A stretch of DNA of 64,000 bases. Origin: Bacteroidales bacterium. Its GTDB lineage: Bacteria > Bacteroidota > Bacteroidia > Bacteroidales > UBA932. The translations under genes and the position numbers were made by a program. The stretch spans positions 31,924 to 95,923 of the forward strand of contig JAFZUX010000024.1 of assembly GCA_017618115.1 (NCBI GenBank), given 5' to 3'. This document shows positions 18,280 through 28,600 of the stretch, piece by piece; within the stretch, counting starts at the first letter, position 1; each line of letters starts with the position of its first letter. Under the pieces are notes generated by a model. The model was not told where the DNA came from, did no database searches, and saw only the letters and a program-made list of their open reading frames with translations.

Positions 18280-19698
18280 ATGAAACAACTTAAGGATCTA
18301 TTTGAACAATATACCGGTCAGAAGTGCGTCTCCTGCGAGGAGTTGCCTCAGTCCGGCAGCAATCGCAGATACTTCAGGCTCAAGTCTGAGAAAGTCTCCC
18401 TTATAGGAGCAATGGGAACGAGCGTAGAGGAGAACCACGCATTCATCTCTCTTGCAAGACATTTCAAGGAGGTGGGGCTCAACGTTCCGGAGGTTTACAT
18501 CTCCAGCAAGGACGGCATATACTACCTGCAGGAGGATTTGGGAACCGTATCCCTGTTTGATGCAATCAAAAGCGGAAGAGAGAAGGGAAGTTACTCCCAG
18601 AAGGAGGTTACCCTCTTAAAGCGTACAATGGCGTTGCTTCCTAAGTTCCAGTTCATTGGAGGAAGAGATTTGGACTACTCAAATTGCTATCCGCAGCCTG
18701 AGTTTGATGAGAAGAATATCTGGTTTGACTTCAACTACTTCAAATATTGCTTCCTTAAGACCAGCGGCGTGGAGTTCAGTGAGATCCGTCTGCACGAGGA
18801 TATGGAGAAGATGGCAAAGGATCTGCTCTCAGTTATGAAGGGCAACACCTTTATGTACAGAGACTTCCAGGCCAGGAACGTGATGCTGGTAAACGGTATT
18901 CCGTATTTTATTGACTTCCAGGGCGGAAGACGCGGCCCGTTCTACTATGACATTGCCTCATTCGTTTGGCAGGCCAGAGCCAACTATTCAGACGAACTCA
19001 AAGACACCCTCATAGCCACTTACCGTAAGGAACTTAAGAAATACCTGATGGTATCCGAGAAGGAGTTCACTCACAACCTCCGTCTCTTTGTTCTCTTCCG
19101 CACCCTTCAGGTTTTGGGAGCCTACGGTTTCCGCGGATACTTTGAAAAGAAGCCTCACTTCCTTCAGAGCATACCGTTTGCAATTGAGAATTTGAGAAAA
19201 CTCATAAAGAAACCTTTCAACGAGTATCCTTACCTTCAGCAGGTTTTGACCGCCCTCACTAAGATGCGCCAGCTCAAGGACTTAAGAAGGGAGGTAACAC
19301 TGGAGGTGCATGTATTCTCCTTTGCCTATAAGAAGGGTATCCCGATGGATGACAGCGGCAACGGCGGCGGGTATGTATTCGACTGCCGTGCCCTTGAAAA
19401 CCCAGGCAAGTATGAGCGCTTCCGCCTCTTTACCGGATTGGACGAGCCTGTAATCAAATACTTGGAAGACGAGGGCGGAATTAAGAAGTTCCTCTCCAAC
19501 GTTTACGATATGGTGGACGCTCACGTTAAGAGGTTTGTAGAGAGGAAGTTCACTCACCTGCAGGTTTCCTTTGGCTGTACCGGCGGACAGCACCGCTCCG
19601 TCTATTGTGCAAAGCATCTTGCAGACCACATTGCAAAGAAATTCAACGTTAGGGTTAAACTTACCCATAGAGAACTTGGTATAGAGGAGGAGGTATAA
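18280..19698 (+). CDS. Aminoglycoside-phosphotransferase-fold sugar kinase (AmgK-like) fused to a RapZ C-terminal domain
   Basis: The N-terminal roughly 330 aa carry MYRDFQARNVML and YFIDFQGG kinase motifs. The C-terminal roughly 130 aa (YVFDCRALENPGKY...TGLDEPVIKYL...VSFGCTGGQHRSVYCAKHLADHI) align by eye with the RapZ C-terminal region (FLPNP...GCTGGxHRSV). The track start at 18259 is TTG and the ATG is at 18280. Confidence 0.8.
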   Translation: MKQLKDLFEQYTGQKCVSCEELPQSGSNRRYFRLKSEKVSLIGAMGTSVEENHAFISLARHFKEVGLNVPEVYISSKDGIYYLQEDLGTVSLFDAIKSGREKGSYSQKEVTLLKRTMALLPKFQFIGGRDLDYSNCYPQPEFDEKNIWFDFNYFKYCFLKTSGVEFSEIRLHEDMEKMAKDLLSVMKGNTFMYRDFQARNVMLVNGIPYFIDFQGGRRGPFYYDIASFVWQARANYSDELKDTLIATYRKELKKYLMVSEKEFTHNLRLFVLFRTLQVLGAYGFRGYFEKKPHFLQSIPFAIENLRKLIKKPFNEYPYLQQVLTALTKMRQLKDLRREVTLEVHVFSFAYKKGIPMDDSGNGGGYVFDCRALENPGKYERFRLFTGLDEPVIKYLEDEGGIKKFLSNVYDMVDAHVKRFVERKFTHLQVSFGCTGGQHRSVYCAKHLADHIAKKFNVRVKLTHRELGIEEEV

Positions 19699-20502
19699 TT
19701 GAAAGCTCTCATTTTTGCCGCAGGATTGGGTACCAGACTCAAACCTCTGACAGACAACAAGCCCAAGGCGCTGGTTGAGGTTGGAGGGGTTACCTTTTTG
19801 GAGTGGCAGATAAGGCGTCTTGCCTCATTCGGCTTTAAGGATATCGTGATAAACGTCCACCACTTTGGAGAGAAGGTGGAGGAGTTCGTTAGGGAGTTCT
19901 TTAGAAAAAATCCTCATTGCGGCCTTAAGATTCAGTTCTCAGAAGAATTTGATTTACTGAGAGATACCGGAGGAGGGGTGCGTCACGCTGCAAAACTTTT
20001 GGATGACGGAGAACCTTTCCTTATTCACAACGTAGACATTCTCTCAGATTTAGATCTGAAATCTTTTTACAAATCCTCCGTTAAGAGAATTGAAGAGGGT
20101 GTCCTTGCATCTGTCGTAGTGAGCGGGCGTTACAGTGACCGCCGCCTTCTGTTTGACTCCAACAATCTTTTGGCAGGCTGGGAGAATCTGAAGACGTTTG
20201 AGGTTAAGTCTCCCTATAAAAAATATGCATCTCTAAGTGGGAAGGAAGATGCCCATAAAATACTGGAAGAGAAGGGGCTGAAGCCGTTTGCATTCGGGGG
20301 AATCCACGTGCTCTCTCCAAAAGTTTTTGCCCTTATGGAGAGTTGGGAGGAGAAGTTCTCAATTGTAGATTTCTACCTTAATAATGCAGCAAAGTATAAA
20401 ATTGAGGGGCGCTACTTTGAAAATCTCCGCCTTCTGGATGTGGGCCGCTTGGAGCATCTTCCTAAGGCTGAGGAGTTTATGAAAGAATTATCAAATAAGT
20501 AA
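19699..20502 (+). CDS. Sugar-1-phosphate nucleotidyltransferase (MurU-like)
   Basis: A TTG start follows the upstream TAA directly. (M)KALIFAAGLGTRLKPLTDNKPKALV is the classic GxGTRxxPxT nucleotidyltransferase signature. Confidence 0.8.
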   Translation: MKALIFAAGLGTRLKPLTDNKPKALVEVGGVTFLEWQIRRLASFGFKDIVINVHHFGEKVEEFVREFFRKNPHCGLKIQFSEEFDLLRDTGGGVRHAAKLLDDGEPFLIHNVDILSDLDLKSFYKSSVKRIEEGVLASVVVSGRYSDRRLLFDSNNLLAGWENLKTFEVKSPYKKYASLSGKEDAHKILEEKGLKPFAFGGIHVLSPKVFALMESWEEKFSIVDFYLNNAAKYKIEGRYFENLRLLDVGRLEHLPKAEEFMKELSNK

Positions 20503-20506
20503 AGAT

Positions 20507-21235
20507 ATGAAATACGCACTTGTAACAGGAGGTTCAAGAGGTATAGGAGCCGCAATCTGCAAGGCTCTTGCAAAGGAGGGTTATCCTATACTAATAAATT
20601 ATGTAAGCAGAGAGGATGCAGCGCTGAATGTGAAGAGAGAGATTGAGGAGGCGGGCGGTGTTGCAGAGCTTCTAAAGTTCAACGTATCAGAGCCTAAGGA
20701 GGCGGAGGAAGCGTTGGACGCTTGGATGGCCGCTCATCCGGATGATTACATTGCAGTGCTGGTTAACAACGCCGGAATAAGAAGAGATACCCTTTTGATG
20801 TGGATGGAGGATAAGGATTGGTATGACGTAATCAACACCCATCTCAACGGTTTCTTCCACGTTACCCGCAAAGCCATTACTCCTATGGCTAAGAAGAAGT
20901 GGGGCAGGGTGATAAGCGTTGCTTCACTATCGGGAATTAAAGGAATGCCGGGCCAGACAAACTACTCCGCTGCCAAGGGAGGAGTGATTGCAGCAACAAA
21001 GGCGCTCGCTCTGGAGGTGGCAAAGAGAAGGGTTACCGTTAATGCGGTGGCTCCGGGTTTTGTGGAGACGGATATGACTAAAGAGTTGGATCAGAACAGT
21101 TTGAAAGATACCATTCCTGCAGGAAGGTTCGGCACGGCAGAGGAGGTAGCAGATTTGGTTGCCTTTCTGGCCTCAGAGAAAGCGGGTTACATCACCGGTC
21201 AGGTTATTGAGATTAACGGCGGACTTAACACCTAA
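20507..21235 (+). CDS. fabG: 3-oxoacyl-ACP reductase (FabG-type SDR)
   Basis: VTGGSRGIGAAI, NNAG and the NYSAAKGG (YxxxK) motifs in 242 aa. Confidence 0.9.
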   Translation: MKYALVTGGSRGIGAAICKALAKEGYPILINYVSREDAALNVKREIEEAGGVAELLKFNVSEPKEAEEALDAWMAAHPDDYIAVLVNNAGIRRDTLLMWMEDKDWYDVINTHLNGFFHVTRKAITPMAKKKWGRVISVASLSGIKGMPGQTNYSAAKGGVIAATKALALEVAKRRVTVNAVAPGFVETDMTKELDQNSLKDTIPAGRFGTAEEVADLVAFLASEKAGYITGQVIEINGGLNT

Positions 21236-21238
21236 AAG

Positions 21239-22141
21239 ATGGACTGGGAAGGTAAAACCGGAGGCGGCGAGGCCAAGCAGGGGCTTCTGATGCGCATACT
21301 TAAGTATGTGGACATCAGGGTTATATACTGCTTTCTCCCATTTATTGTGATAGGTTACATTATCTTTGCTCCGCGCAGAGCCTACTCCATTTACGCATAC
21401 CTGAGAAGAAGGCAGAAATTCTCATTTGTAAAATCTCTTTGGGGTACCTTCAAAAACCATCTGCTCTTTGGAAAGTTTCTGTTGGACCGCTTCTACATTT
21501 ATGCCGGACACGTTAACAAATATGCAGTTGCAAGGATAGAGAAGGATTTGGTTTTCAAGTATTTCACCACGGAGAAGCCGCTGGTTATGGTGAGCGCCCA
21601 CGTGGGAAATTTTGAAATCTCTTCATACCTCTGCGGCCATCTGCCTAAGAAACTGAACGTTCTGGCCTTTGCGGGAGAGACGGCTCAGATGCAGAAGTTC
21701 CGCAAGGGGGCTATGGAGCAGAACAACATTGAGATGGTGGAGGTGAGTGACAGCATGGAGCACATCTTCAAAATCAACGATGTGATAAGAGACTGTGAAG
21801 CAATCACTTTGGCGGGAGACAGAACTTTCACCGGCCGCCGCAACCATAAGTATAATTTCCTTGGGGCGGAGGCGGAATTTCCAATCGGGATATACAATAT
21901 AGCAGACCGCTTCCAGGCGGATTTCATTGCAATGTTTGTTCTGGGTACCAAAAAGTGGTTCCGTTACAGGGTTCATGTTGAGCAGATTAAGATAGATCCC
22001 CAGATTAAGGGACGTGAGGCCCGCGCCGTTGCATACGGGCAGAAGTATGTGGAGATTCTGGAGCGTGTGATAAGGGAAAACCCTTACCAGTGGTTCAATT
22101 TCTACGATTTCTGGGCCCAGAAGTCTTCAGATGAAAAGTAG
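21239..22141 (+). CDS. LpxL/HtrB-family (lysophospholipid/lipid A-type) acyltransferase
   Basis: 300 aa with an N-terminal TM helix, an SAHVGNFE (Hx4E) motif and the C-terminal PYQWFNFYDFW typical of this family. Confidence 0.8.
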   Translation: MDWEGKTGGGEAKQGLLMRILKYVDIRVIYCFLPFIVIGYIIFAPRRAYSIYAYLRRRQKFSFVKSLWGTFKNHLLFGKFLLDRFYIYAGHVNKYAVARIEKDLVFKYFTTEKPLVMVSAHVGNFEISSYLCGHLPKKLNVLAFAGETAQMQKFRKGAMEQNNIEMVEVSDSMEHIFKINDVIRDCEAITLAGDRTFTGRRNHKYNFLGAEAEFPIGIYNIADRFQADFIAMFVLGTKKWFRYRVHVEQIKIDPQIKGREARAVAYGQKYVEILERVIRENPYQWFNFYDFWAQKSSDEK

Positions 22142-22198
22142 GCTAATTTGATGTTTTAGGCGTTTTTTTGTAAATTGCGCCTTCAAATCTAAAATGAT

Positions 22199-22447
22199 AT
22201 GGATGTACAAAAATTAAAGGCCCAGATTATAGAAGCCCTCAACTTGGAGGAGCTTACTCCGGAGGATATTAAGGATGACGCACCTCTTTTTGGTAAGGAG
22301 GGACTTGGGCTTGACTCAATAGATGCACTGGAACTTATTGTGATGCTTGAGAAGAACTACGGTATCAAACTTGCAGATCCTGCTCAGGCTAAGGGTATTA
22401 TGACCAGTGTAAATTCAATTGCCGAATTCATAGAGAGCAAAAAATAA
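22199..22447 (+). CDS. Acyl carrier protein
   Basis: 82 aa with the GLDSIDALELIVMLE phosphopantetheine-attachment (DSx) motif. Confidence 0.9.
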   Translation: MDVQKLKAQIIEALNLEELTPEDIKDDAPLFGKEGLGLDSIDALELIVMLEKNYGIKLADPAQAKGIMTSVNSIAEFIESKK

Positions 22448-22453
22448 CCCCCT

Positions 22454-23653
22454 ATGTCCTCTGGGATTGCAATAACAGGCATGGGGATAATCTCTGCGTT
22501 GGGTATAGGTTTGGATAAGACCTATACTTCTCTTTTAGAGGGACATTGCCCCATTGCATCTCCCAAATATATCAATACGGTCCATACAAACCTTCCTTGT
22601 GGGGAGGTGGAATTCTCTAATTCTCAACTTGTTGATCTTATAGGAGAGGATAAGCGGAAGCTCTTTCCGCGCTCCGCTCTGTTGGGCATAGTTGCCGCCC
22701 GTGCGGCTGAGCAGGATGCCCGCCTTGAGGAGGGGACAAAGGTTGCTCTTATAAGCGGCACCACCGTTGGAGGTATGGATATCACTGAGAGTTACCTCAA
22801 GAGCTTTTTGGAGGGGCCGGAAGAGTCTGATAAGATTTTTCTTCATCTCGATGGTGTTTGCAATGACTTGATTGCAGACTCTTTAAAGAGCCGTGTGGTA
22901 TATACGGATGTAATATCCACCGCCTGCAGCGCCGCCGCCAACGCCATTGCCTTTGGCGCGGAACTCATTGAGAGCGGACGCTATGACATTATCATAGCGG
23001 GTGGAACAGAGTCACTTACAAAGTATCATTTTAACGGATTCAACTCCCTTATGATTCTGGACGACTCTCCTTGCCGTCCGTTTGACGCCTCCAGAAAGGG
23101 ACTCAACCTTGGAGAGGGAGCGGGATTCATAGTTCTGGAGAGCGTAGAGCACGCTCAAAAGAGGGGAGCAAAGATAAGAGCGCTTCTTTCCGGCTGGGGA
23201 AACGCCTGTGACGCATTCCACCAGACCGCATCATCTCCGGATGGTAAAGGCGCCTATCTGGCTATGACCAAGGCTCTTAAGAAGGCCCATCTGGCTCCTG
23301 AAGATATAGATTACGTTAACGCTCACGGAACCGGAACACAGAACAATGACCTCTCGGAGGGCAAGGCGCTTATGACTCTCTTTGGAGAGAAGATGCCCTA
23401 TGTTGGTTCTACCAAGTGCTTTACGGGACACGCCACCAGTGCGGCAGCCGCTTTGGAGGCAATAATCTCTCTGCTGGTTATTGAAAAGAGATTCATTCCT
23501 GCCAACCTGCGTTTTGAAACAAATGATCCGGGACTTAGTTTCTCTCCTGTTACAGAGACCGTTACGGATATAGAGGTTAAACACGTAATCTCCAACTCCT
23601 TTGGATTCGGAGGAAACGATACGTCACTTATTTTCTCAAAATACGAGCAATGA
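22454..23653 (+). CDS. Beta-ketoacyl-ACP synthase (FabF/KAS II-like)
   Basis: 399 aa with the active-site ISTACSAAANAI (Cys), NAHGTGT (His) and CFTGHATSAAA (His) motifs. Confidence 0.9.
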   Translation: MSSGIAITGMGIISALGIGLDKTYTSLLEGHCPIASPKYINTVHTNLPCGEVEFSNSQLVDLIGEDKRKLFPRSALLGIVAARAAEQDARLEEGTKVALISGTTVGGMDITESYLKSFLEGPEESDKIFLHLDGVCNDLIADSLKSRVVYTDVISTACSAAANAIAFGAELIESGRYDIIIAGGTESLTKYHFNGFNSLMILDDSPCRPFDASRKGLNLGEGAGFIVLESVEHAQKRGAKIRALLSGWGNACDAFHQTASSPDGKGAYLAMTKALKKAHLAPEDIDYVNAHGTGTQNNDLSEGKALMTLFGEKMPYVGSTKCFTGHATSAAAALEAIISLLVIEKRFIPANLRFETNDPGLSFSPVTETVTDIEVKHVISNSFGFGGNDTSLIFSKYEQ

Positions 23654-24612
23654 AGAGGGGGAAAGCATACATAATCTCTGCAGCTGCAATCTCCGCACAG
23701 GAGCCGTTCAAAGGGGTGAACTCCTTTGAGGCGCTGCCTGTGGAGGGCGGTAGGGTGCTTTGCAAAGACCCTGACTTCAAGCAGTTTATACCTCCGATGG
23801 AGGCCCGCAGAATGAGTTCCATTTTAAAGAGAACTCTTTCCGTTTCAAAATATGTGATGGAGAATTCTCCAATAAAGTGTCCGGATGCAATAATCTCCGG
23901 AACCGGTAACGGCTGCGTCGGAGACACCGAGGTATTTTTAATGAAGATGATAGATGACGGAGAGAGTATGCTCAACCCTTCAAAGTTCATCTGTTCTACA
24001 CCTAACACCTGTGCTTCACAGATTGCTATTGCTCTGGGTTGCAACGGTTTCAACTCCACACACGTAAACGATGCCTTCTCAATGGAGGGGGCGCTGCTGG
24101 ATTCAATGATGCAGTTTGAAAAGGGAGAGGCTTCATCCATTATGATGGTTGTTGCAGACCAGATGACGGATAATCTTTACAAGATGCTGAGCTTCCTTCC
24201 AAAACTCTCATCAATTCCTCTCTCTGAGGGGGCAACCGCCTTCCTATTGGAGAACAAGCCGTCTGAAAGGGCTTACGCCGTGATTGAGGATATGATTCAG
24301 ATTCGCGGAGGCGTTTCTGACAATCTGGATAAATTCTTGTCAACCAATGGTCTAACCTGGGATGATATAGACCTTGTAATGACTTCGGATTTTCCTAATC
24401 CAAAGAGGGAGAACTTTGCGTTCATTCCTAAGGAGAAGGAGCGTCTTACATACAAGCAGTGGTGCGGAGAGTATCTTTCCGCTTCAGCATTCGGACTGTT
24501 CTGCTGCTCGGATATTTTGAAAAACTCCGCCTCAAAGAAGAGAATTCTTCTTGCAGTCCGCAGCGGAGCCAACTATTCATTCACCTTAATAAGTAACTTA
24601 TGTACAAACTGA
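23650..24612 (+). CDS. Ketosynthase-like partner (chain-length-factor-type beta-ketoacyl synthase N-terminal-domain protein)
   Basis: 320 aa with an ATGA overlap with the KS gene. It has a KS N-terminal-like fold signature (STPNTCASQIAIALG) but no recognisable HGTGT or GH catalytic His motifs. Confidence 0.7.
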   Translation: MKRGKAYIISAAAISAQEPFKGVNSFEALPVEGGRVLCKDPDFKQFIPPMEARRMSSILKRTLSVSKYVMENSPIKCPDAIISGTGNGCVGDTEVFLMKMIDDGESMLNPSKFICSTPNTCASQIAIALGCNGFNSTHVNDAFSMEGALLDSMMQFEKGEASSIMMVVADQMTDNLYKMLSFLPKLSSIPLSEGATAFLLENKPSERAYAVIEDMIQIRGGVSDNLDKFLSTNGLTWDDIDLVMTSDFPNPKRENFAFIPKEKERLTYKQWCGEYLSASAFGLFCCSDILKNSASKKRILLAVRSGANYSFTLISNLCTN

Positions 24613-24956
24613 TACTGCTCTCTATAGTTCAAAGTACTCTGCTGGTATTAGGTCAGATGTTTCTAAAGTTTACAATGCAGAAAGTAGACAAACTGGCTTT
24701 TACCTGGAGTTGTATCAAACAGTTGTTTACAGATATAAACTTTTTGCTCTGCGGTCTTTGCATGGGCGGAGGCTCCGTTCTATGGTTCTATATCTTAAGG
24801 AATTATCCGTTCAGCGCCGCATATCCTATGATCAGTTTCAGTTATGTTCTGGGACTTGTGGTTGCAGCGGTTGTCTTCCACGAGCACATTCCGTTTGTAA
24901 GGTATGTGGGTGTTGCTCTGATAATTATAGGTGCAATTCTAATTGTACAGAAATAG
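24600..24956 (+). CDS. Small 4-TM EamA/SMR-like membrane protein (ArnE/ArnF-like flippase subunit candidate)
   Basis: 118 aa with four hydrophobic helices. It overlaps the upstream gene by 13 nt. Confidence 0.6.
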   Translation: MYKLILLSIVQSTLLVLGQMFLKFTMQKVDKLAFTWSCIKQLFTDINFLLCGLCMGGGSVLWFYILRNYPFSAAYPMISFSYVLGLVVAAVVFHEHIPFVRYVGVALIIIGAILIVQK

Positions 24957-24960
24957 AGTG

Positions 24961-25692
24961 ATGGAGGGAGTTTGTTTTATAGTGCCGTTTTACAACAATA
25001 CAAACTCCGTAGGCGGAGTGGTACGCTCTATAAATGAAATCGGCTATAAGGTAATTGCGGTAAATGACGGTTCTACGGATGACAGCCTTGCAAAGGCGGA
25101 GGCTGCAAATCCTTATGCCATAGTCTCTTACCCAAAGAATAAAGGAAAGGGTTATGCTATCCGCGCCGGTTTTAAGAAGGCGCTGGAGTTGGGATTTGAG
25201 TACGCCCTGGTCTTTGATGCAGACGGGCAGCACACAATATCCGGAGCGGAGAAGATGATGACTATGGCGGAGAGTCTGCCGGAGAAGGAGCGCCAAAGAA
25301 GCATAATAATAGGAAGCCGTTCTCAAAGGGGAATAGACTCCGGCGGAAAGTTTGCCAACAACTTTTCAAACTTCTGGCTTACAGTTCAGACGGGATATAA
25401 ACTGCCGGATACTCAGAGCGGCTGCCGCCTCTATCCGTTAAAGAAAATTGCAAAGATTCATTTCTTCGGAAACAGATACGAGTTTGAAACAGAGGTGCTT
25501 GTACGCTCCGCCTGGCGCCGTGTAAAACTTCTGGTGGTTCCGGTAGATGTAATCTACCCAACTGACAGAGTGACCCATTTCCGTAAGGGAGCGGACTTTA
25601 CACGCATCAGCGTAATGAATACCTTCCTCACTTTGGGTGCTCTCTTTTACGGCTATCCAAGAATGGCCCTTCAAAAGTTATTTGTAAAATAA
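24961..25692 (+). CDS. GT2 family glycosyltransferase (polyprenyl-phosphate sugar transferase type, ArnC/DPM1-like)
   Basis: FIVPFYNN...NDGSTDDS...DADGQH motifs with a C-terminal hydrophobic segment. The ATG at 24961 is preferred over the TTG at 24943. Confidence 0.85.
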   Translation: MEGVCFIVPFYNNTNSVGGVVRSINEIGYKVIAVNDGSTDDSLAKAEAANPYAIVSYPKNKGKGYAIRAGFKKALELGFEYALVFDADGQHTISGAEKMMTMAESLPEKERQRSIIIGSRSQRGIDSGGKFANNFSNFWLTVQTGYKLPDTQSGCRLYPLKKIAKIHFFGNRYEFETEVLVRSAWRRVKLLVVPVDVIYPTDRVTHFRKGADFTRISVMNTFLTLGALFYGYPRMALQKLFVK

Positions 25693-28600
25693 TGGAGAGA
25701 TTCTTTTTAAAGATATATGATTTCTTTGCAAACGGAAGGCGTTATCTTGCTCTCCTTCTCCCCATTCTTTTGGCGGGGTGCTTCTATCTCTGTATGCGTC
25801 ATATCACTCTGAACGAGGATATTGCAGCCTTTTTGCCTTACGGTTCCGGAGAGAACAGCCGTCAAAGCCAGTTCGTATACAAGAATCTCAGAATGCAGGA
25901 TAAGGTTGTCTCCTTAATGTCTCTTAAGGAGAAACCTAAAGATACTCAGGAGGGTATAGAGCGTCTGACTCAGGCGGCGGACGAATACTCAGACCGCTTC
26001 CTCTCTATGGATTCAGAGGGAATCAAAGAGCCTACGGTAAGAATTGATCCAACCTCATTTCTCGCAACCGCTTCATTTGTAGCGGAGAACATGCCTTACT
26101 TCCTGGAGGATGAGGATTACGCCCGTATGGATTCCATACTCTTAAACGGCAACTTTGCTCAGATGCTGGAGCAGGACAAGGAATCTATGATTACCTCCAA
26201 CGGCCTCACTCAAAGCATAGTGGCGGCAGATCCGCTTCAGTTCTCCTCCAAACTGCTCAAAAAACTTACCGCACTCGGAACGGAGAGCGGCTTTAAAGTA
26301 ATTGGGGAGTATCTCTTCACGCCTGACTCAACGGCAATTATGATGAACTTCTCATCTGAGTTTGGCGGAAGCGAGACCGGCAACAACTCTGAACTATTAA
26401 GACGAGTATATGAGATAAGAGACTCCGTAACAGCCCTTTATCCGGATGTGCAGATGGAGTTCACCGGCTCTCCGGTAATAGCCGTAATGAATGCGGAGCG
26501 TATGAAAAAGGATGCGGTACGCTGCGCCGTTCTTGCCATTGTTCTGATTGTAGGACTTTTAGCCTGGTACTTCAGAAGGGTAAGACCTATACTTTTAATC
26601 TGCGTTCCGGTAATATTCGGAATAATGGCGGGGCTTGCCTTTATGGGACTTGTGAAGGAGAGCGTAAGCAGCGTGGCCCTTGCCGCCTGCTGCGTAATAT
26701 TCGGTATAGCAGTAGATTATTCACTTTTGTACTCCACCCGTTTGGGCTTCACCTCTAACGCTCGCCAGACACTTTCAGACATAGTCTCCCCGATGGTTAT
26801 AGGTAACATAACCACTGTGGGAGCCTTCCTCTCTCTGCTGGTTATGAGCGCTTCCGGAATGAGAGACTTCGGCCTCTTTGCCGCCGTCTCTTTGGTGGGA
26901 GCCATCTTCTTTGTAATCATCTTCTTACCGCATTGGGTAGGAGAAAAACACTATAAACCTAAGAGCAACGGCTGGCTTGGCCGCTGGGCCGGTTTCCGCC
27001 CGGAGGAGAACCGCTATCTCTTCTGGCTTCTGGTGGTTGCAACCGTGGTATTCTATCTCTTCAGCCGCAAGGTTACATTCAGCGGAGATTTTACCAAGAT
27101 AAACTATATGGCACCCGCTCAATCTCAGTTACTTGACAAGCTCTCATCCTACTCCGGAAGAGAGGGGAGCGTGGCGGTTTATGCGGTTACGGAAGGGGCC
27201 ACTTTAAGTGACGCTCTTTATGCAGCGGAGAAAAACAGAGTCTTTACAGAGTCAAGTGTCAAGAGCGGTAACGTTCTATCGTCAAGAGGAATAGGGCCGT
27301 TCCTTCCGTCAGAGAAGGAGCAGCAGAGGAGGCTCTCTCTCTGGAAATCATTTGTGGAGAAAAACGGTGAGACCCTGCTTAAATCATTAGATAAGGCGGG
27401 TGAGGCGGCCGGTTTTACAAGTGACGCTTTTGATCCTTTCAAAGCGCTCTTTACAAGTGAGTTAAGCGTGCAGAAGGAGGAGTTCTTCTCCCCAATCGGG
27501 ACCCTTATGGCTCCTTTCATTTTGAGAGATTCCTCCACATCCATCGTGATGGAGATTCTCTACACTCCTAAGGAGAATCTAAATTCACTATACGCTTCAT
27601 ACAAAGATTACAACAACAAGGCGGAGGGCTCCTTCCTATTTGATTCTTACTCAATGACGGACGGGATGATAGATATTCTGCAGAAAGATTTTGACAAGGT
27701 GCTGGCTATCTGTTCCGTCCTGGTTTTCATATTTTTATGGATTGCCTTCCGCCGTCTGGAACTTGCTTTTTGCGCCTTTCTTCCAATGGTTGTCTCCTGG
27801 ATTTGGATAACCGGAATTATGGGAATATTCGGGGTAAGTTTCAACATTGTAAATATCATTCTTGCAACCTTCATCTTCGGATTGGGAGATGATTATACCA
27901 TCTTTATGGTGGAGGGTTTGCAGTACGAATACACCAATAAAAAGCCGTTGCTGCAATCCTACAAGACCGGTGTAACTCTCTCAGCCATAACTATGTTCGT
28001 GGGAGTGGGCTCTCTTATCTTTGCTCTCCATCCGGCTCTTCACTCTCTGGGTGCGGTTGCGGTTATAGGTCTTATCTGCGTGGTTCTTCTGGCATTTATG
28101 CTCCCTCCGGTAATCTTCCGCTTTTTGGTTTGCAAGTCATTCAGAAAGGAGAAAAAAGAGAGGGTGCTTCCAATAAGGCTATCGGATATCTTTATAACTC
28201 TCTACTGCGTAGCGGTATTTGTGGCTGTATGCCTCTGGCTGAAGCTTAAAACGCTCTTTAATCCAAAGTTAAAGGGAGAGAGACTCCGCAGAGTTATTAC
28301 CCGTTATATGAGGTTTTTCTCCTCAAAGATGCCAAGGGTAAAGTTCTTTGTAAAGGGTGAAGAAAACTTCTCATCCTCAGAGCCTTGCATAATTATTTCA
28401 AACCACCAGTCTCACCTGGATCTGCTCTATTTCCTATCGCTGAGTGAAAAGATAGTGGTTGTTACCAACAAATGGGTTTATAAATCCCCGGTTTATGGTA
28501 ACTTTGTGCGCAAAGCGGGAAACGTTTGCATTGAGGAGGGGATGGAGATAAACAGAGAGAAACTTCTCTCCCTCAAGAAAGAGGGGTGCTCAATATTGAT

